Positions 57,165 to 64,000 of a stretch of 64,000 nt of DNA are shown in pieces (the first letter of the stretch is position 1; every line of letters starts with the position of its first letter). A program made the position numbers and the translations under genes. A model generated the notes under the pieces. The model ran no database searches. It saw nothing but the letters and a program-made list of their open reading frames with translations, and had not been told where the DNA came from. The stretch spans positions 245,210,001-245,274,000 of the forward strand of contig OZ024740.1 of the NCBI GenBank assembly GCA_964016885.1. Reading direction: 5' to 3'. Origin of the DNA: Eledone cirrhosa. Taxonomy: Eukaryota.

Positions 57165-60100
57165 ACGTCATCATGATTATTTGATGATGATGCTATTTTG
57201 ATAATGCTGCACTTGCTTGCCTTCTTAAATATGGAAAACAGTCTCCGTCTTGAATTAGCTTAGTATATTTGTCATACAGATATTTTTAGAGGCCTCTATT
57301 GTCTGTTTACTCTTTTTATAGACCAGCTCTCTGCCTGTTCCCTCCTATTCCTCCTCCTCCTCTTCCTCTACCCTTCTCTTCATGTTGTCTTTTCAACCAT
57401 CTGCAACACATGTCTGACTCGCTGTATAATAGACTTCAAACCATCTGCTACACATCTCTACATTTTACTGATCATCGGTCGCTATTGTTTTCTTTGTTTT
57501 TAATCTGTATTTACTATGCAGAACGCTCCCCTGAGGTATTTTCCCCGCAGCCATATTGTTTTATCTGACAGTTTTTTCTTGTTTTTCCATTTTAGCGGTA
57601 GTAATGTTTTTGCTAGTTTCAATTTTTTTCCTGCAGTGATTCCCAAAGGCAGCGAATTGGCAGAATCGTTAGAATGTCAGACAGAATGGTTCGTTCCGAC
57701 TCTCTGCACCCTAAGTTCAAATCCCTTCGCTATCAACTTTACCATTCATCCATACGAGGTCGATAAATAAAGTAACAATCCAGTACTGGGGTCCATTATT
57801 CCTCTATATCTGTTTGTCACTTCCTCTCCCTCGTTCTCCCTCCCTCCTTCTCTGAAAGAAATCAGTTGGGGTTCGACCTAAAGAAAGGATGGGCTTCGTC
57901 AGGTTTAAATGCCCAAAACACGCCACACACACTAAGGAACTAAGGAATTAAGGGAGTATGGATGGAGTGGTTCCCAAACACATTTTGTCTTGAAACGCTT
58001 ATATTATTTTTCCCAAATCGCGAAGTATAGATAATCCTTGCCAGCCTAAATGAAACAAAAATTGTATTCATATAAAAAAAAAACACAATTTTATAAATTT
58101 TATCTCGTGGAAAATTAATGGGAGAATTACTATACTGCAAAGAGAAACATATGCAGCATGGCCGAATGGTTAAGATGTTTGCTTCGAAATTATTAGATTC
58201 CGGGTTCGATCCCATTGCACGGCATCTTGGGCTAGTGTCAATTAGCATAGCTTCCCGTCGGATGGGCTATACCTGTAATCCAGAGGACCAGCCATGTCAT
58301 ACATTGTCACGCTGAATCCCTATGGGAACTACTTTAGGGATGGAATGCTCAACCACTTACACGTTAATTTCATTTCGAACAACTGAAACACTCATCGTCG
58401 AAACTAATGAAAGTCCATTCCATATATGGAGAAGGGAAGCAGTACCCATTACCCTTTGTTTTTTCAGTGCCTCCGAAACTGGAGAGAGCGAGGCGGAAAG
58501 GTATCCTGAAACCGGAGACTCGGTCAAATGATTGTAGCTGAGAAAACTCTACTAATGATACTCAAGGGCCAAGAGGAAGTGTTAAATCGGACGATGCAGT
58601 CTTAAAGACTACCATCCAAATAAGCTAAATTGGAGTTTGAACTCAGGACACAAAGAAATCTCATCCGATATTCAAGTAATTCCACATAATCACCCCACTC
58701 CGCTAGACTAGTAATGCCAGTTAGATGAAAGACTTGACGTTTACTGCTTTAAATAATGTAGAAGGCATTGTTTTGTCCTAAATATTCTACCATGTTAAAA
58801 GAAACCAACATTTCTTAAAGGATTACTCATATCTAAGATTATTGTTTATCAGGCATATAAAAACCCATGTGTGAAGGTGCGTGGCTTATCGGTTAGACTG
58901 CTCAGCTCACAATCGTATGGTCATGAGTTCGATTCGCGACGGCATTTTGTGAAGTTTAACAAGAAACTTTATTTCACGTTACTCCAGTCCCCTCAGTTGG
59001 CAAAAATGAGTTGTACATTTAATTCAAAGGACCGGCTTTGTCACACATTGTATCACGTTGAATCTTCCTGAGAACTATATTATGGGTACACGTGCCTGTG
59101 GAATACTCAGTCAATAGCATGTTAATTTCATGAGGAAAATGTTCTATTGATTGAACCAACGGAAGCACACGTCGTCGAAAAGGATAGAGGACAAACAACA
59201 ACAACATATACCTGTAGGAATCAGTATTTACACAAACCAGCCAGAAACCAATGGTTTACACAACTGTTAAACGATGGAATCTCTACGTGGTAACTACGGC
59301 GAGATTTGAACTCAGTACAAATAGAGCAAAGCATTTCGTCCGACGCTGTAACAACTCAGCCGATTCACCGCCTTAATGACACGACGGCTATGGTTTTTTG
59401 TTTTTTTTTCTTTTATCTGTTATTTCAGTTAAAACTATATAATTTCAGTTGAAATGTTTTGTTTGTCTTGAAATACTCGCAGGAATGTCTGAAATCATGT
59501 GACGTTACAACATCCTGATGTCTTATGAATGGGAAAATACCAGGCAAGCTATCCCCACATTTAATCTTTTAAATGAATGCCGGATTAAGATACTTCCTAA
59601 ATCTCCTTAAACAATGTGTGTGTGTGTATGTAGAGTGTGTGTGAACACACACACTCTATATATATGTGTGTGTGTGTTCAGTTGAACTCAATCCTTTGTT
59701 TCTCAATTGTATATAAAAGAAATATCTTTTCTCTTGTCCTATAATATTTTACTGGGGGAAGCCCATAGTCTGTAGTAGCGAGGCTCAGTGTTTAGCTTAG
59801 GGCAAAACCTAAGCGTGCTTTACATTCTGGGTTAAGTAGTTTGGTAGCTTTTAGGCGAAAATTTTAAAGGTAAAAGGGATTGGATAATAACAGCTGTCGA
59901 CAGTGTTAATTACAGCAACAACGACAATGACGACAACTACTACTACTAGAAGAAGAAGAAGAAGAAGAAGAAGAAGAACAACAACAACAACAACAACAAC
60001 AACAGCAGCAGCAGCAGGAACTTTAATATGTAAATGCGAATGCAACAATAATAACGCCAATGATATCGAATTAACGAGAGGGTCTTTACGTCAGAGATGA

Positions 60101-61540
60101 GGTATTCCCAGCCATAGGCGAATTTTGCCCTTATTCAACGTCGAAACTGTTGGCTGGCGTAGTCTCTAGAATTCCACATGTAAATAAATAAGTAAATAAA
60201 TAGATAAACAGTTTGGCCTTAATTCCAAAACAGAAATTTAATATAATCTATGAATAAATGCAGGCATAATTCATTGGCTAAACACTTCGGTTCGCAATGT
60301 TGAGGTCCCGTCTTCGATACCATTTCATGATACCTTGGCCAAGTACCTTTCGTCGTAGCCCTAGGTTGACTCAAACTTTGTGAATAAAATTCAGTAGACG
60401 GAAACTGTTTGGTAAGAAGCCCAAGAAGCCCATCGGATAGACTGTGTCTGTAATATAAAAAGCCAGCCTTGTGAAACACCACGTCACACTAAATCTCTTT
60501 GAGAATTACGGTAAAGGTATCATTATCTGCAGAATATTCAACCATTTACGCGTTCATTCAATAAACAGGTAGTTCAACTGAATATCATCATTGTAACCGA
60601 CCCATTTATATACATATGATTTTGTAAAATTAAAGACACGAAGTTTTATATTTTTGTATACACGAATGTGTATATTAACAGCTGAAAAAGGAAGCCTTTT
60701 ACTCTAGCTGCTATTTCATGCCTTTCTCTGTCGTAATTCATTCCCACTGTTGAAGGTTCTGCAACCCCATAAGTAAAGATCTAGAGGCAGACTAGTAATG
60801 TAGAAAATCTCGTCCAATGAATTTGTCACCAAATGTATTTGTCAACAATTCTGTAATGGCATCTTGCTGGAAGATGACATGCCTGATTTTCCTGAATCTC
60901 TGCAACTGGGGTATCACATGAGACTGTAGCATGAACATGTCTGACTGTCGAAATTATTGATTAAATATAATAATGTTTTAACTTGTAATCGTGGGATAAA
61001 CCCATCCACACAGTCAAGTATAGCGACAGTAGATCGGAAATGAAGAGGTGATGGCCTATCAGTGCCTCATATTAAGACATTGTGCCTGTTAACTGTTCCA
61101 ACCAATATAAACATTGACTCATGAATCCCTCCATAGGATATTTTTGATTCTAATAAAATCTGTAATAAATTCAGCGAATGCTAAGAGCTTCTGTTTGACA
61201 TCTGCAGTGATTGCTTGCGTGCAGCTCTCTTTGTAAAGGTAGAGTTTAAGATGAAGGTTTAATACAGGATTATTACTGACATGCGAGTTGTTTGAGGCTT
61301 ATGAGAGACCACCAGAGTGTGGATAGCTATGCTCTGGCCCTGTAGATTCCCACTTTTCTTTTGACAATGGCAGATAAAGTAAATAGATTTGGGGGAAGTT
61401 GTTACCTTTTGAAGGCTCTCAATGTTTCAGGACTGATATTGTTCAAATAATATATTTCACAATGGAGTTTCAATGTCCATTTTAATCAGTACACTCAAAT
61501 ATATATAATTGACAATTGTAAAATGATACTTTCTGCATAA

Positions 61541-61628
<88 letters not shown>

Positions 61629-61694
61629 GCTAAGTTATTCCGGGTTGAATCGGAGGTAACCACAGTAAGTAAGGTACTCAATACATATATATAT

Positions 61695-61777
<83 letters not shown>

Positions 61778-61781
61778 GATG

Positions 61782-61832
61782 AGATTCTACAGGACTAGAA
61801 CTGTTTAATTCTTTAGAAATCATCAGGAATCT
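61782..61832 (-). ncRNA. Hammerhead ribozyme family B, second copy (GAAA mutated to TAAA)
   Basis: AGATTC-CTGATGA-TTTCTAAAGAAT-TAAA-CAGTTCTAGTCCTG-TA-GAATCT. Stem I differs from 27323-27373 by compensatory changes. Confidence 0.7.
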
Positions 61833-61989
61833 TGCTTTCCAAAAATAAATGTTGTGGTATTTATATCTTTTCAGGTGGTAGGAGAGGGTGGAGGTCATTG
61901 GTTGAAAGAAAAGGGAATTCATTAAAAGCTAATTCTTTAATTTATATTTAGAGTGACAAAGGCAGTATATATATGTATATATATATATA

Positions 61990-62058
<69 letters not shown>

Positions 62059-62061
<3 letters not shown>

Positions 62062-62453
62062 CATTCTATTCCATTTATCGTTTTCGGTGCGCCCGGCCGA
62101 CTATACTCACTCGATATGCAAATTAGGCTGCTCAGCCGTTAATATGCATAAGGAAAGTATATACTTTCAGACGTTCAACCATCTGGCAGTAAGTTATACG
62201 ATGCTGACGATAGTTAATAAGCTTGAAACTAGTACATCGTTCCTGTGTCAGTGTTGAACAAAAAGGTGACGTGGTTGCCTAAACATTGTATGGCGTAATT
62301 CGGGCTGTTTGTTTGTTAACAAACAAACAAACCGCGCATTATAATAAATGTTCGGTAAACCGATACGTGCATATATATATGTATGCATGTATGTATATAT
62401 ATACTACTGTACGTCAGTATACATATATGTATGTACGTATACATACATACATA

Positions 62454-62460
<7 letters not shown>
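62059..62460 (+). mobile_element. HHR-containing repeat family A copy 3 (one permuted unit)
   Basis: Homologous to 180-540. (TA)n on both sides. Confidence 0.8.
62198..62240 (+). ncRNA. Minimal type I hammerhead ribozyme (family A)
   Basis: ACGATG-CTGACGA-TAGTTAATAAGCTT-GAAA-CTAG-TA-CATCGT, with a perfect stem I. Confidence 0.85.
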
Positions 62461-62490
<30 letters not shown>

Positions 62491-62494
<4 letters not shown>

Positions 62495-64000
62495 ACTTCC
62501 TCCCGAAACTCCACAAACCCGACAACCCCGGCCGTCCCATCGTCTCCGCTTGCAACTGCCCCACCGAACTCATCTCCGCCTTTCTCGACTCCCTCCTCGC
62601 CCCCCTTGTCACCACCCTCCCCTCCCACATCTCTGACACCAACCACGCCCTGCGCCTTTTCGACTCCTTCACCTACCTACCCGGCCCTCAGCCATTCCTC
62701 TTCACCCTAGACATCAAGTGCTTCTATACCGTCATCCCCCACGCCGACGGCCTTCGCGCCCTCAAACACTACCTCGACCTTCGCCCCTCCCCCATTCCCT
62801 CCACCCCCACCCTCCTTCGCCTCGCCGAGCTGGTCCTCACCCTAAATTGTTTCTCCTTCTCGGGTGAGTTTTACCAACAGGTCACGGGGGTAGTCATGGG
62901 CACAAGAATGGGCCCGAACTATGCCAACCTTTTTGTTGGCCATGTTGAGGCCCAAATCTTTGCCCAGTACACCGGCCCCACGCCCGAACTGTACGGTCGT
63001 TACATTGACGACTGTATCGGAGCCACGACCCTCACCCGAGTACAGCTCGACTCCTTTCTCTCCTTCTTCTGCTCCTTCCACCCCTCCCTCCACTTCACCA
63101 CCTCTATCTCCACCACCCACGTCCACTTCTTGGACATCTCCGTCGCCTTCGACCCCTCCCACCACTCCCTCGTCACCTCCGCCTTCTTCAAACCCACCGA
63201 CTCCCACTCTTACCTCGACTTCACCTCTTCCCACCCCACCCACACTAAACTCTCCATTCCCTACTCCCAACTTCTCAGGATCCGCCGCCTCTGTAGCCGA
63301 GATGCTGACTTCGAGTCCCAAGCCCTTTCCCTAGTCAGCCATTTCATCCGCAGAGGTTACCCCCCCCCCCCTCTCTCGTCCACACCGCTCTCACCCGCGC
63401 CCGTGCTATCCCCCGCTCTACCACCCTCACCCCACGCCACCGCACACCCACCTACCGTCTCCCCTTCCCCATCACCTACCACCCCTCCACCTTACCCCTC
63501 CACCGCACCATCCGCCGCCTCTTCCGACACCTCCAGTCCGACCCCTCCACCTCCCACATCTTCCCAACCCCACCACTCCCCTCCTTCATACGCGCACGCA
63601 ATCTCCGCACCCTCCTCGTCCACAGCTCCCTACCCCCCAACCCACGCTCCGTTTCCCCCCCCCGGTTCCTTCCCCTGTTCTAGGCCCCGCTGCAACACCT
63701 GTCCCCACATCACCAACACCACCACCTTCCAGGGTCCCAACGGCCACCCTCTCTCGGTCCGGCATGCCTTCCGCTGCACCTCCTCCAACCTAGTCTACGG
63801 ACTTCGTTGCACGAGGTGCAGCGCGACTTATGTCGGACAGACGGGACGCCGCCTGGCGGACCGAGTCACGGAGCACCTCCGGGACATTCGCCTCGGGGGC
63901 AGTTTCCCCATCGCCCGCCACTTTGGTGGCCCTGGACACTCCGCACACCATCTCACAGTCTGTGGCCTACTCCAGTGCCACGGAACACCCGCCCATCGCC
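62491..64000 (+). mobile_element. Penelope-like element, Neptune-type RT plus GIY-YIG, 5'-truncated, runs off the window
   Basis: YFLPKLHKPDNPGRPIVSACNCPTE..FTLDIKCFYTVIPH..GVVMGTRMGPNYANLFVG..YGRYIDDC..FLDI..KPTDSHSYL..SSHP..CSRPRCNTCPHI..CTSSNLVYGLRCTRCSATYVGQTGRRLADRVTEH. Frameshifts at poly-C runs. This frame is absent from the ORF track. Confidence 0.93.

Noticed and set aside
60700-61455. Complex sequence possibly derived from an old LINE
   Set aside because: No motif could be read with confidence. Needs BLASTX or RepeatMasker.
62842-63334. Pro/Ser/Thr-rich and Gly/Glu/Val-rich ORFs
   Set aside because: Alternative frames of the C-rich PLE reverse transcriptase.

Overview
AT-rich, microsatellite-laden eukaryotic DNA. 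The tRNA-derived SINE families and repeat landscape suggest a cephalopod (Octopus-like) genome; this is an inference. No complete host gene is visible. Main contents: (1) a 12.7-kb triplet-based minisatellite (2096-14810) that reads as a Thr/Ser/Ala/Val/Pro mucin-like ORF on the minus strand and carries an internal 3318-bp higher-order duplication; (2) many retroelements: three kinds of Penelope-like element (PLE), two near-full-length R4/Dong-like RLE LINEs sitting in (TAA)n and (CATA)n microsatellites, five 5'-truncated Tx1/L1-like copies, CRE-like and RTE fragments, and tandem SINE arrays; (3) a Helitron-like element and two MITEs; (4) many long fold-back palindromes. The most notable hidden signal is a set of type I hammerhead ribozyme (HHR) motifs in several distinct short repeat families. 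One is a ~400-bp tandem, circularly permuted non-coding unit with stem I covariation, a candidate cephalopod retrozyme / circular RNA replicon. Most short ORFs in the supplied track are microsatellite or antisense artefacts.
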